Shown: piece after piece, positions 25,751 through 39,620 of the stretch | Numbering within the stretch: the stretch's first letter is position 1 | How the letters are laid out: each line of letters begins with the position of its first letter | Source of the DNA: Camelus ferus | Lineage: Eukaryota | Length of the DNA stretch: 64,000 bases | Assembly (NCBI RefSeq): GCF_009834535.1 | Contig: NC_045696.1 | Location: forward strand, 14,200,001-14,264,000 | Reading direction: 5' to 3' | The notes under the pieces: model-generated | Seen by the model: only the letters and a program-made list of their open reading frames with translations | Told to the model about the DNA's origin: nothing | Databases searched by the model: none | Program-made: the position numbers and the translations under genes

Positions 25751-27268
25751 TTCTACATCACACTTTCCAAAGAAGCACAAAGATTAACTGCAATACTGAA
25801 AATTCAGATCATGTTGGAAGTCACTTATCCAAGCAGTACTGTGATTTGCTAAGGTAGCAATTAGCAGCTAGACAATACTATCATGATACAGAAACTATAC
25901 ACATGATGCAGTTCTTTGTTTTTTGAAAAAACAGGAACAGACTATAAGAAAAGTCTTCGTGTGGCTGTCATAGGAAGCATCATCAGTCATTCTTATATTG
26001 AAACTTTTATAAACACCATCACTAAGGCACTTGGGTTTGTGATACTAGAACACCTCCATGATCATCTTTCAGTAGAAAATATGCTGTTATTGGCTCATGT
26101 TAGTTCAGTAGTTTAAAATCCTCAGACTGAACAAATGTAAATAGAAATATAAAAACACAATAATCATTTCTGGAACACAAGGTTCTCACTCTCATATTTT
26201 GAACATAATCTCACTGTAGTTAGTGAACAGAGTCCAGGGAAAAGATGGGACAAATTATCAGGAGCTAGAATTTAAGCAACATGATGACATGTGGTAACAA
26301 AGTCACCATGACCTAAAGTCAGACAGAATTGGATTAAAATCCTAGCTCTGTACTTTACTCCCTCATATTACTTATTTATGAATTACATTGGGTGTGACTA
26401 TACCATAAGCTTTTGGTGAAGTTTACATGAAATAACTATTGCAAAGTGCCTTTTGCACAGTGCTTAACACCTCAAACCTTCATGTCTCTTTCTTAAATAA
26501 GTTCCCAAATGTGTGAATGAAAACCACAAATAGATTAGAACCTACAGGTTCTTATAAAATATCATATGTAGGTAGCTCTTTTGTATTATTTTGACCTAGT
26601 GAAATTAGTTCCAAAAAGGATGGCATGAACACTGACACATCTCCCCTGTGAAGTTGAAGATACTCTCTTATGTTGTTATCCTGTGTTGAATCTGGGAACA
26701 ACTTGAATGATGACAATGATTCTATTATGGGCCGTGGGTTGAAAGAAAAATACTAACTGACTCAGGGTTTATCCTAGTTCTGAGAGCACATATTTACATA
26801 AATAAAGTGTGAGTGATTGGAAGTGATAAAATTTCATCATCCAGTGCAGTTCTTTTATGTGGCTCAACAATAGATCCCTGTGGGAATCACAGGGTCCAAT
26901 CAAATATGAAAGACTATAAAGTTCTTGAAGTGTGTTAATGAAGTGTCAGGCTTGCTTAGTCAGATAAGTTTATTAGAAGACTGACTTAGTTTCACATCCT
27001 CATGGCTGTAACAGAAGACAAATGTTCCAATTAACACAACTAGGGGGCTATAAAAACCACCATCACAGATTTGAAAATAGGTCTTTGAGGTGATCTGATT
27101 TCAAAGTACGACAGAGTGAGATTGTGGTTTTGGTCCTGGCTTCTTAAGATCTTTTAAACTAAGGATAAGGGATGGGGAAGCTAATAAGAAATACTGGAAC
27201 ATAACCTATGTCTTAGAACTTTCACATCAGGGTATGTCACTGTTTGGATGTATAAGAAGCTACAAAAT

Positions 27269-28022
27269 TTATAAGGCAGAAAAGAAATTTTTGCCTTGTC
27301 AAGAAATTTGGTTACTGCAATAGCCATAGTTAGAGCTATTATCATATTTAGGCCACTAAAGTGTCTATAGCTATGCAATACCCAGATGTAACAAAATCCT
27401 TAGCCACAGCTGTACAGCCATATGCACATTCCCCATATGGGCATTTCCTTGTGTGGCAGGCAGTCTTCCAAAATGATTCCCAAATCATCTCCACCTCCTG
27501 GTACTCACACCTTTGTGTAACTTCCTCCCTTTGAGTGGAGGGTAGGCTTAGTGACTTTCTTCTAATAGATATAATATAGCGACTTAATGGGATGTCAGTT
27601 CTGAGATTTGATTATAAAAATTTGCAACTTTCACCTTGCAGGCAATCTCCTTGACTCATTTCTGCAGGCCTTGATGGTCACATGGCAAGGAACCACAGCT
27701 ACAAGTCAGTTGGGAAATTATGCACTCTCCACCCCACCAGTCCAACAGCCCTTGAGGAACTGGCTTTTTCCCACAACCATGTGAATGAGCGTGGAAGAGT
27801 ATCTTTTCCCAGTTGAGCCTTCATTTGGGATTATAGTCTCAGCCAACCCCTGGTTAAAGCCTCATAAACCCTAAAGCAGAGAACCCAGCTAAACCGTGTT
27901 AGTATTACTAACCCCCCATACACACTGAGGTAATAAAGCTGTGTTGTTTGGGGATGCTATATTTTGGGGTAATTTGTTCCACAGCAATAGATAGCTAATA
28001 GATCTTGGTAGTTACAATTCAT
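27269..28022 (-). pseudogene. HGT-KRTAP pseudogene (KRTAP21-like N-terminus) split by an MLT1F-type LTR
   Basis: ATG at 28022-28020 behind a KRTAP-type leader (caactgaaattcctacccttgacattATG). Removing the LTR gives MNCNYQGNA/YGECAYGC/SCG*GFC.../YDNSSNYGYCSNQIS*QGKNFFSAL*. Confidence 0.7.
27452..28002 (+). mobile_element. MLT1F-type solo LTR
   Basis: tgtggcaggcagtcttccaaaatg...ccacctcctggtactcacacctttgtgtaa...cacagcaatagatagctaataga; 5-bp TSD ccttg (27447-27451) / tcttg (28003-28007). Confidence 0.85.
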
Positions 28023-28770
28023 AATGTCAAGGGTAGGAATTTCAGTTGAACAACAAAGAATAAGCTATTTGAGTTAAAATGCCGTCTTTTCAGAAAGTCA
28101 TATATTTATCTTCAAAAGTGATTTTCATGCAAGAACTGTCATTTCACTCTGGCTAGGTTCAAGTGCTTTGTAAAATTGCACTGCCATGGAGTGGTGGTGG
28201 ATAAGCCCCATTTCTAGAGAAAGACTGAGTTCATATCTAACCCACTACTTCCTAGATTCTTAACCCTTTTGTCCCTCATTTGCTTCATCTGTGTTATGTA
28301 GATAATGACAGCAACTATTGTACTGCGTTATTAGTGTTCAATTACTCGATACATGAAACATGCTTAAAACTCTGTCTTGTATGTATCAAGAGCTCAGTAA
28401 GTGAATGCTATTTTATGTAGAAATATCTAATTATTTCAGTACAGACACCACAAGTTCCTTGTCATTGCTAGAGTTTTCCAATTTATTTTCAGCTAATTTG
28501 CAAAGGCTTTTTTTTTTTTCCCTGAACATACTATGAAATGAGAGCAGAATACATCATCCTAGTCACCAGAATAATCTCCTGCATTTAGTATTCATGACCT
28601 TAGTAGAACTCTTCGCTAGTTCAGCAACAACAAACATTTACGGAGGTCCTGCTATGTGCAAAGAATTATTCCAAATGTTCAAATAAGTTAATAGAACAGC
28701 CTGCCTTTTCAGAAATGTAAGCAAAAAAATAACTTGGGCTTGGAAAGGGAGGCAATGTCATTAATCTAAT

Positions 28771-28950
28771 ACTGTGATTTTTCAAAACTGGATGTTCATT
28801 AGAAACACCTGGGAAGCTTAAAATATGTACACACCAGTGCCAGGGCCCTGCTCACAGAGAATCTAATTCAACTGGGATGAAGCCTAAAATTAAATGCTTT
28901 TTAAAAGCTCACTGGGGGATTATAATGTACAAGCAGGGTTAAAAACCACT
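28771..28950. mobile_element. MER5-type hAT-Charlie DNA transposon
   Basis: ctgtgatttttcaaaact...cattagaaacacctgggaagctt...aaaaccactg terminal motifs. Confidence 0.7.
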
Positions 28951-30279
28951 GATTTAGCACAAACCCTCCTACTGAAATATTAAGACTTGTAGAGGCTTAT
29001 TTCAGGTGACATGGATAGTTATTGTTAAAACCAGAACTAAAATTCAGACCTTCTGATACTGGATAAGTGATTGTTCAGTAACTGGGTGGTTTCCAAGCTT
29101 CTCTGCATTTATTCATGCATTCAATATTCACTTACTGAGAACTTCCCCAGTACAGAAAGTGGGGACACCATAACGCAGACTCACCTAGTGACTTTCTTCA
29201 AGATTAAAATTCTCTTTTAAATAGATAGAGGATAATAGAAGAGGTGGCTAATAAAAAATAAAATAAAAATAACAAAATAAATATCTACAAGCGAATGATT
29301 GCAACCTCCAGAGTGCACTAAAGGCAGCGTATTAAATTCATTGGGGTGTATGGTGGGAGACAGTTTAGTTTAGGAAGGGAGTTCTCTCCGGAAGCGAGTT
29401 TCCATGTAGGGGTTATATTATATATGGCTGGATTTCAGAGATAGGCTTTTAAATATTACACCCTCAGAAATACCTCTTTTCTTTCTCTATCCCTCCACAA
29501 AAAAAGATCAATCTCAGTGAGGCTGGCAAAAATATTCCTTAAAGATTACTTAAATGATAAGGATCGTAATAACAAATGACAACAACAACAAATTATTTTT
29601 CAAGCACTCGACTAAGTGCTTTGCATGTATGATTTCATTTGATCATCACAGGACAACCGGTACTGTAACTCTCTTCCATCAGCTCCACCTAAAATACCTT
29701 GAACCAAACAAGAATGGTAGAAAAGTTGATCTTCCCTCAGCATATTGTCCTCTCCGGCATATCTTTCAGTCATTAGAATGAGGTGATGATTTACAGAATG
29801 CTCAACCTAGATAAGCATCTTAAAAGAATTCTATTCTCACACCCACATTTCACAGATGGCATTTGCAAGCAGCTGAGCCCTCCTGCCACACAGAATGTGA
29901 TCAGCAACTTGCATGATTTCCGCAGCTACTCCTGTGGTTGATCTTGCAATCTAAGCATAGCATCTAAGAAGCATATAAAATAGATAGAAAACTATGAGTG
30001 ACATTATTGTGTAAATTTAAAATGATGAGCGAATACCAAGTGGTGAAGGCAGCAGTAAATCATATTTAGGAAACTGCAGGCAGAATCAGGGACGCAGTTT
30101 AATAGCTAACTAACGCCATCTTGAGAACCAACACCTTTGGGCTGCAGTTGGCCAAGAATGAGTGCGTCAACAATTAGATCATTAACTGGAACTCCTTATT
30201 TAGTTAAAGCCATTCAAAATTAACATCTCTGCATAGTTCTATCAGGTTCATTGCATATACAGCTAATTTTACACTACCA

Positions 30280-30450
30280 TATGCAAAATAGACAAATGAC
30301 AAGGTCCTACTGTGGAGCACAGTAACTACATTCAATAGCTTGTAATAGCCTATGATGAAAAAGAATATATATATGCACAAGTGAATCACTATGCTGTACA
30401 CCAGAAAAAAACACAGCGTTGTAACTCAACTATACTTCAATTAAAATAAC
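30280..30450 (+). mobile_element. L1 3' tail
   Basis: aaggtcctactgtggagcacag...caactatacttcaattaaaa. Confidence 0.75.
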
Positions 30451-33400
30451 TGAATAAATAACCATCTGTCTCCAAATCCCAGAGGTTGTATTTGAGATTG
30501 TCTATTTTTGCTAGGTGGAAACGTGTCCTGAATTAGGAACCAGTCTAGAGGAAAACAAGGGGTACTGATATAAATTAATATCAGTACTCTTTTTAATACC
30601 TATAAAAATGACTGCATGGGTTTGTGTTTTCTCACATGTATTCAGAGGTTTGAACCACAAAACTGTGGCTGCAAAATAGGTTTTATTTAATAGATTATAT
30701 TGCATTGTGCAAATATAAAACCATGGAAATTAATGTAAGGAGTGAGGAAAGACTTCACAAAGGAGGAGGAGTCTAAACTGGACTTCCTGTTAGGCAAAAA
30801 TATTCAGAGAATTTTGAATGAATCAACTTGGCTGCTGTGCAGAACTAGAGGAATATAAAATCATGATGGTATATGATGGCAAGAATGAAAAGCTAAAGTG
30901 GCATTGGAGACCTCCTAAAAATTTTATTGGGTGAATAACATGATGATCCTAATACTTGTGAGTAACGTCAACTTGACAGTGTTCATCAGAGAAACAAAAG
31001 AGAGAAAATATTGAACCTAATGAGATCAGTTGGGAGATTCTTATTGTAGTTAAGTTACGATAAATCAGAGCCATAGGTGAAACTAATGGACTATTGAATT
31101 CAGATGTCCCTCCTATCCTCAATTATCTTGAGACTCTGTGACTATGAAAGTTCCAAAGGGTGTCCCATGTCTTGGATGTCCATACTTACTCGATGAACTC
31201 ATAGAAGATGGATATAAAGAATGCAATAATGAGCAGAAAAAATATGTTTGACATGAGTAAATCTGTCTGGTGCAAAATAGATTTGTTACACTAGCCAATA
31301 TAACTGTAGAAGAAAAGGGTTGTCAGATAAGTTATCAAACTGACAATTAATAAGTAATGAAAAATAAACACATTTGCTATAGATTTTTAAAGCACAATAT
31401 ATTTGTTTGGTTGGCAGTTTTCCTGCCACTTGAGTTTATAATAGTGTTCTGCCATTTCCCTCCAAAATTATGAGATCCATAAAATTGAGCCACATTCTGG
31501 CATCCTAGGATATTTGTTCAAGAACCACAGGATACTAAAGGTTTCAACTACAAAGTATGTAGTTCAGAGCAAGCCAGCTCATTTCATGAGAAGCAAACAG
31601 ATTTCCTACAGAATGGCTTCAGCAGCCCCTTTGGCCTATAAGAGAGCCAAGCTAAGTTTAGGACAGTTTAACCAATTAAAAAGTAAAAGAACAGCCTAGA
31701 GGCCAGTGTTCTGCAGTCATCTCTCAAGTATGATATAACAGATCTTTTAAAGAATACAGTATGATTCTACCCTCTTTGGTCTTCAATGCAAAGTTTCTCA
31801 TTTGAAAGGCCTTAATGCTCTGTGCTCAAAACAATGTGAGATCAAAAAGTTTGAAATTCTCTGACATTCTCTGTTTACCAATGATAAAACTTGGGTTACT
31901 CACTTTTGATCTTTATAAAGCACACTTGGATGGTAGGTCACTATGTTATTAACACCAGGAACATGCTTTCACTTCTTAGGGATTGAAAGGAATATAAGAG
32001 TCTGCATTTGCTCATATCCTCAATTCTTTCCATAAATTCTATTTTATACATAGGATTAAGTAATGTATTATAGTCCTAGAACTAAGAATACAAAGGTAAA
32101 TTAATGGTTATAAGAAAATAAGATGCTGGGGGTGTGGGGAATAAGAAGCACAATTAGGCCACCAACAGCTGATTTCCTTCTCCTGTTCTTTTGAGATAGC
32201 TATTCCTGATCACTTGGGAGTTTCCTGCTTGGACAACCCACAGTAGTACGTCCTTTACCTAAAATTTCTCTCTACTTGAACTGGGAAGGACAGGGATGAA
32301 CCACTTTTCAAACAATCTTGTCCTAAAACAGGATAGATCGAAGTGGTGTCTTGTATGTATAAAAAGATGAAAAATTCAATTTTCTACTAAATCACAAAAA
32401 ATGAAATAAACCTAAAAGACATTAAGATGTTAGGTCAAAATTTAGGTTATCAGTGAAACCAAAGTCCAGGATTCACTAATTCCACCACCCACTTTAAGAA
32501 CATACATGGGTTAAGGATGGAGAGAAAGATATTCATGGAGAAATTTTCTAGAAATTTCTGTTGACATGCTGTGAGTTCTTACCCTTAAACCACAAAGGGA
32601 GAGGGATTTATCCCTCCTTTACTTCAAACTTTGTGATGGGATGACTGGGAATGCTTGAATACCATTTACCACAGGTGGGAGAGAGAGAGAGCTTGTCCTG
32701 ATAGACACTTGAGAAAGCAAAAATATTCTGGGGCAGCCAGTTGGAGGTGGATGTTTGGGGATCTACCTGCACCCTTAGAATTTGTTAAGAAAAGGATTTG
32801 TGTTCTACAAAAACCAAATAAGGGACACATGGGAAAGAGCCTTTCTTGGGTCACCTGTCTAATTGGATCATAGGAAGACATGAGAAAAAGCTGTAGGTGA
32901 ATTTTACATTCCTAAAGGCTAAGGAAGGTATGACAAGTTATCACCATGACAAAAAAAGTTTTTGCCTAAATGTTTTGGGTAAAGGAATTTCAAGAGAACA
33001 TTCCCCAATGATGGCCATCTCCAAAGAGCCCATGAATTTACTGTTAAGAAAAATCAAGTCCACAGAATAGGAAGAGGTTTGAAGACAGCAGAATTCAGGC
33101 ATGCTTTTTCCTATGTGCTTACACTTTAAATACTTTAGATCCCTTTTTGATTAATATCTTGGGTTTAACTTTAATCAATGATTTGATTCACTTTGCAGTA
33201 ATCTATTACATTTTTCTAAGTGAGAAAATTTATCTGACAGTTTTAATCTAAGGGCAGAAAAAAATTACCCATACTAAATATATCTTAAAGAAACAACAAA
33301 AGACAAAAATAAAGCATTTTCATATTGCCTTGAGTTTTGCCTCCCAGCATCCTGGTTGCACATGTAGATTTTTACATATACTCACTTCTAATCTATGAGT

Positions 33401-33577
33401 AGAAAAATTGAGCCAAAAAATGAAAATTCAAAGGCAACATGGTAGCTACCCATGTAATACTCACATAACTTTGACTTAAGAAATTTCTGTCTTTATCTGA
33501 GAAGTTTTCTATTTGAGAGAAGACATAGCTTCGAGAGTGATACTCTTGGAGTCCTGAAGAAGAAGAGAGAAAGTGGC

Positions 33578-34052
33578 TGTAGTAGATTGCAGACTGACTC
33601 CAGTTTGTCTCTTATCCCCATATTCATGCCTTTTCCATATAATTTTTTTAGCATCCTCCAATTCTAAGGACTCAACTGGGTTATTTGCTTTAGCCAATAA
33701 AATGAGATAGAGGGATAGTGTGCAAGTTCTGATTCAAAGCTTCAAGAGCTCATGTGTTTTTCTTTTTGCTTTCAGGTGCTTATACCATTACAGAGCAATC
33801 AAACCTATGCTTGTCTTCTGGAGGATGAGAGACATGTAGAGCAGAGCTGAGTTACCCAGTCATTTCCAGGAAAGACCAATCGAGATAAGCCAACAGACTT
33901 CTAATCCCTAGACATGTGATCAAACCCTGTCCAACACTCAGATGACTCCACACAGTGAGCTAAAAACTTGTATTGTATTGTATTGTTCTTTGCCATTGAA
34001 TATCTGTGGTTACATGTCACACAGCATTATTATGACAATAGACAGGTGGTAT
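33578..34052 (+). mobile_element. Old MLT1 (G/H-like) LTR
   Basis: cttgctttagccaataaaatgag-like and acagcattattatgacaatagac motifs. Confidence 0.6.
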
Positions 34053-35569
34053 ATCTGCCTAGTCAATCAAACAAAAGAACCCACTCCATCTTTTCAGAGA
34101 TGATGGTGTCACAGCCAGATGGCTCTAATATCTAAGACATATGATATTCTGTACATAGGCTATGGAGTTCTTTCCATTTCATTTAAACTAAGAGCATCAT
34201 ATCATGAGCTGGTTGGTACCTATACATGGATAAATTTGCTACTAAACTGCCACAGCATATGATGAATCCTAAGCACTATGGTTTCCACCTTCCTCAATTT
34301 GGATGCCAGCAGTCATGTCATGAGTACATTCAAGTAACCCTATAGAGAGTTCAAGGTGGCCAGAACCACTCGGCTAATCCACTCCCAAAACTCTTACCCA
34401 TAAGAAAAGTGTGTAATATAATAAATACTTGTTGTTTAAGCCACTAAGTTTTGGTGCAATTTTTTGTTGCATTGCTAGTGTAATACACTAATACAATGAA
34501 AACTACTTTAATTTTATTTTTCCTAAAATGGCTCCTAAATTGTATAAGCACCAGATCCCACAAAACCTGGCTCTTACTCCTAAATGTTTGCATTATCATC
34601 TCTCCCCAAAATGTTTTCAAGCAGCTGATTCTTGATGTATGGTAACCCCAACTGCCTAGGATGACATAGCACTTCTCACAATTACAAAAGAAAAATAAGC
34701 AAACAAACAAACAAAAAATGGCAAGGGACTTCTTGAAAGTCATCCTTTCTAAGAAATGAGGAAAATTCTCTGATTCATATCTCTCTTGCCTGAGACTGAT
34801 TTGGTCAGGATTCATTCAAAGACAATCTAGGAACCTTAGGGAATAGTAAGATTTTGTTTCTGTTTTTGTTTTATTTTTCAACAGCAGAGTTACTATGGCC
34901 CTATGTAGGTGATGCCTAAAAAGAGTTTCTAAAAGAAAATAAATTTCCTTATCTTTCTGTAATCTAACATTCCCTTGTTACTGTATCTTTAAATATTTAG
35001 AATAGAAAGAAGAAATTGCACAAATAACCATGAAAAGAAATACATAAATAGTCCAGAAATTAATAAGGAAACAAAAGCAGAAAGAAGCAAAATAGAAATA
35101 ACATTAAAATACTTATTTTTAAATTATGTCATGAATTTCTCACCTTTTAAAAAATTGGGCTGTCCAGAGAAAAATGTGTGTGTGTGTGTAGATAGGGAGA
35201 AAGAAAGATAGTACAATATGCTTATAAATATTTGTGTGTTTATACAGAGAAAAGGAATGCATGAAAAAGTTTATTATATATATACAAATATTCTTAACTC
35301 TTAATCATTATCTACTTACCAGTTATTGAACATGTAATGTGTATTTGATGTTGATATACCAAAAAGTCGTTCTATGCCTACAAGAAGATAGCCGTATAGA
35401 GGAATATACACTATGCAAATTATACATATACTGAAAAGCAGACAAATGAATCTGATTGAATGCTGTGTTGGATATGAATGTTTAGCATGCTCTTTAAGTA
35501 AAGAGAGGAACACCAGGACTGGAGTAGGTTTAAATTGAGATTTTTTTAAAGGGTTAGTTAACTAGGACT

Positions 35570-36062
35570 AAACCTACCTAAGGAAATAAAGGCCTGAACT
35601 CAGAAAACTATAAGACATTGATGAAAGAAATTGAAAATGACACAAATAGATGGAAAGATATACCATGTTCATAGATTGGAAGAATTAATATTGTTAAAAT
35701 GACCATGCTATCCAAGGCATCTACAGAGTCAATGCAATCCTTATCAAAATACCAAGAGCATTTTTCACAGAACTAGAACAAAAAAATTTAAAATTTGTAT
35801 GGAAGAACAAAAGACCCTAAATAGCTAAAACAATCTTGAGAAAAAAGAACACAACTGGAAGAATCTTCCTGACTTCAAACTATATTGCAAGGTGACAATA
35901 ATCAAAACAGGATGGCATTGGCACAAAAACAGACACATAGATTAATGGAACAGAATACAGAGCCCATGCACTTATGGGCAATTCATGACGAAGGAGGTAA
36001 GAATATACAATGGAGAAAAGACAATCTCTTCAATAAATGGTGCTTGGAAAAATGGACAGCTA
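35570..36062 (+). mobile_element. L1 ORF2 fragment
   Basis: gaaaactataagacattgatgaaagaaattgaa...caataaatggtgcttggaaaaatggacagc. Confidence 0.9.
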
Positions 36063-37697
36063 TAAGGGAGTGTTAACTAGATGAGAAAGTGGATGATGTC
36101 TATTCCAAACCATGAAGGAAACAGCCTGAGCAAAGCATGAAGTTTTCAGTAACATGATACAACCCAGAAAATCCACAGGTATCTATGTCTGGTTGGCATG
36201 AAGGCTGTGTGAGTAGGAATGATAGATGATTTAAGAGGAGGAATGATAGCAAAATCCATGGAATTAATGGCTTTTTGTGACTATGTTAAAGTTCTGAGTA
36301 TATGTCTATTGATAAGAACAGTTTAAAAGTAGATAGATATAATCTTTTATTCTTCAAAAATATTATTCTGGCACCATGTAGAGGACAGACTAGAGAAGAA
36401 ACAGACCAGAGGCAAGATGACCTGGAAGCAGGAAGGGACAACCCTGAGGAAATTATCTAGAAGCTGTAAACTGAAATAATATAAATATAACTGTTCAAAA
36501 TAGAATAGAATCAAGAGTGCTGCAGCCAATCATTTTTAATTACACTATATTTATTACAGATAATTGTATATAAATGATGTATGCATAATTATTTTACCCA
36601 TATAGTTACCAAGAGAGAACATACAAAAATTAAAAGTACTGTGATAATGTGGGGGATGGTATTGGATTATCTTATTGAAAGCATATCTTTTCCCTTTGCT
36701 CGAAATATAATAAACTTACATCTTGGTTTGATAACACCAAGCCCCTCAAAATAAAGTCTATACATCTGAATACTAGTCTATAACATAATTAATTTAGTGT
36801 TTAAATCCCAGAATGAGAGACTTTAGGGAAAAGTGTAATTGGGGCAAATGGAAACAATTACTAACATCAAATGTAGGATGTTGAGCCTAGCAGGAAAACT
36901 ATTGCTTAGAAATGACAATCATGCACTTTTCCAGATCACATTGTTGAAAAATTTATTTTTTACTTCTGCTTAGGCACTAGAAAATGAGTCTACAGGAGGA
37001 ATTAGAGGCATAAGCAGAAAACATGAAAGGACAAATGGAAATTTTTCATTGTAGTAAGCACACAGAAGTGTCTTATTAAAGATAAAAGATGACTTTGAAA
37101 CTTCCTGAGAAGACTTTATACACAAAGCTCATAGAGGTCTGCAAGCTACAGGAAAACTCTGGCTCTGATACTGAGGAAGGTATATTCAGGTCTGGACAAA
37201 AGTAATATGTGCTTATTCAAAGCAATAATTAAATAAAGGTTGAAAATTAATGGCAACACTTTGGCTTTATATAGGGTTCTTTTTCATTTTTTTTTTGCTC
37301 AAACAAAATTGGATGTCATCTTTTTAAATATAGCTAATATTTATTTTTTAATGAATCTTCCATGGGTTTCCCTGTTGTTTAGCCCGTAAGATCAAAATCA
37401 AGGAAGTAACATCCTTTAGGTAAATACTGTATTCTAATGTCAGGAAAGAAAAAAACAATGGATTTTTAACCCTACAGCCCAAGTATATAGCAGTGAAAAA
37501 TATCACAAGCTTAACAATTAGAAAAGATATTCATGAGCACAAATAGCAAAGTATTTGCTAAAATATGTTGCTGAATAGAAAAATGTCAAAAACACCGTAT
37601 GAACAGTGAGAACACAGATTCATAGAGTTTTAAAACATCCCTAAAAAAGGCAAGATTGGTTTAAGTACATAAAGAGGAAAATGGGTATTATTTCTGT

Positions 37698-39620
37698 TTT
37701 TAACAAATATTTGCTGGACACCTACTATACTCCAAGCATTTTTCTAGGCATTTTAGATATGTTGGTGAATCAAACATACAAAGATCCAAGCCTTCTTGGA
37801 GTTTATACTATAATAATTATACTAGTTTCCCATGGCTTCTGTAAAAAATGACCACCGACTTGGTGGCTTAAAAGAACAGAAATTTATTTTCTCATGGTTC
37901 TGAAGGACTGGAGGCTAAAATCAGTATCACCAGAATGAAATCAAGGGGTCTGCAGGGCTCATTCCCTCCGGAAGCTGTAGGAGGAACCCTTCCTTGCCTT
38001 TCGCAGCTTCTGGTGGATATAGCAGTTCCTTGGTTTGTGCTCTCATCGTTCCAATGTCTGTCTCCACGGTCATAGCGCCTTCTTCTCTTGTGTCCATCAA
38101 ATTTCCATCTGCTTTCCTGTTATAAGGGCACATGCTGCACTTCAAGTTCACAGAGAAGATCCAGGATAATCTCTCAAGTTCCCTAACTCAATCACAACTG
38201 CAAAGGCCCTTTCTCCCAAAAAGGTAACATTAAAAGGTTCCAGGCATTAAGATCTGAATTCTTCGTGGGCCATTATATAGCTTGATACCACTATTCAGCC
38301 TGCCATACCTGTAGAGACAATTTACAAAGTGATAAGTGATATATTATCACAGATGGTGATGAGTGATATGGGAAAAAGGAAAACTAGAATATGGTAAGGG
38401 GGCCAGTGGTTCCAGGAGCTGTAGTGTAGAGGGAGAATTTGTTATTTAAAGTACTCTCTTTAGATAAGCTTCACTGAGCAAAGGAAAGGAGCTAAGGGAG
38501 TAAGGCACAATGATTTACAAAGAAAGAGCTTTTACACTGGAGAACCTCTTAAAGGAGGAGCCTGCCTGTAGTGCTCTTGAAACAGCAAGGAGGCCGATGT
38601 GGCCAGAGAGGAGAAAGTGATAGGAAGAGCAGGGAGAGAGGTCCCTGGTAAGGAAAGTTAAGAAAGTAAAAGAAGGACCAGAACCCATAGGACTTAACAT
38701 GCCACTGTAAGCACTTTCATTTTACTCTGAATAAAATAGGGGAGACTTCCAGCGTTTTGACAAGACACATGTACAGACCAGTATTTTAAAAGTTCACTTT
38801 GGCTGCTATATTAAAAATGGACTATAGAGGGCAAGAGAAAACATAGAGGCATTTCTTTGAAGAACATTTTAGTAATGTCGGTGAACGATGATGGTGACTA
38901 AAACTGCTGAGCTGAGGATTTTAGATACATTCTGAAGTTAGAACCAAGATCATTTCCTGATGAGTTAGATATGGAGGATGAAAGTAAGGAGTCCAGATGA
39001 CTCTTAGGTTTTGATCCTTCACAACTGGAAGGATGGAGCTGTCATTAACTGAAATGGAAAAGGCATCAGGCGAGATTGATTTAGGGGGAAGGAGATTAGA
39101 AATTCAGTTTTAGACAAGGGAAATGGAAGGCATTGATTAGAAATAATGTGGAATTTTCAAGGAGGTAGTTGGCTACATGAAATCAGGAAAAAGATGTAAG
39201 CTGAGAACATAAACCGTAAGTCATCTAGATTTTATAGATGATACTAAATGTTATGGAACCAAATGAGCTCTCAGCATGATAGAGAAGCAGATGGAGATGG
39301 AGAAGACAAGCAGGCCAAGGATTGAGATATGGGCATCCTAATATTAAGATGTTAAGGGAAAGTGGAGGTATGAGAAAAGACATAGAAAAATTGACCAGGA
39401 AATTGGAGGAAAACACGTAAGTATGAAGACTTGGAAGTCAAGGGAAGAAAGACATCTGAAAAGGAAGAGATAATAAACTAATAAGTGCTGGTATAAGTCA
39501 AGTGAGTTGATAGTGGAGAATCGATTTTGATTTAGCAAGAAGGTATCCTAGATGAAATATACAGGAGAAGTTTGGGCAGGATACTGGAGGCAAAAAGCTG
39601 GCTGTAAGGAGTTTAGGACA
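37698..39620 (-). mobile_element. L2 element interrupted by an MLT1C LTR
   Basis: L2 3'-end motif aacaaatatttgctggacacctactat; continues after 38300 with L2-like sequence. Confidence 0.65.
37818..38290 (-). mobile_element. MLT1C-type LTR
   Basis: actagtttcccatggcttctgtaa...ggtggcttaaaagaacagaaatttatt...aaggtaacatt. Confidence 0.8.
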
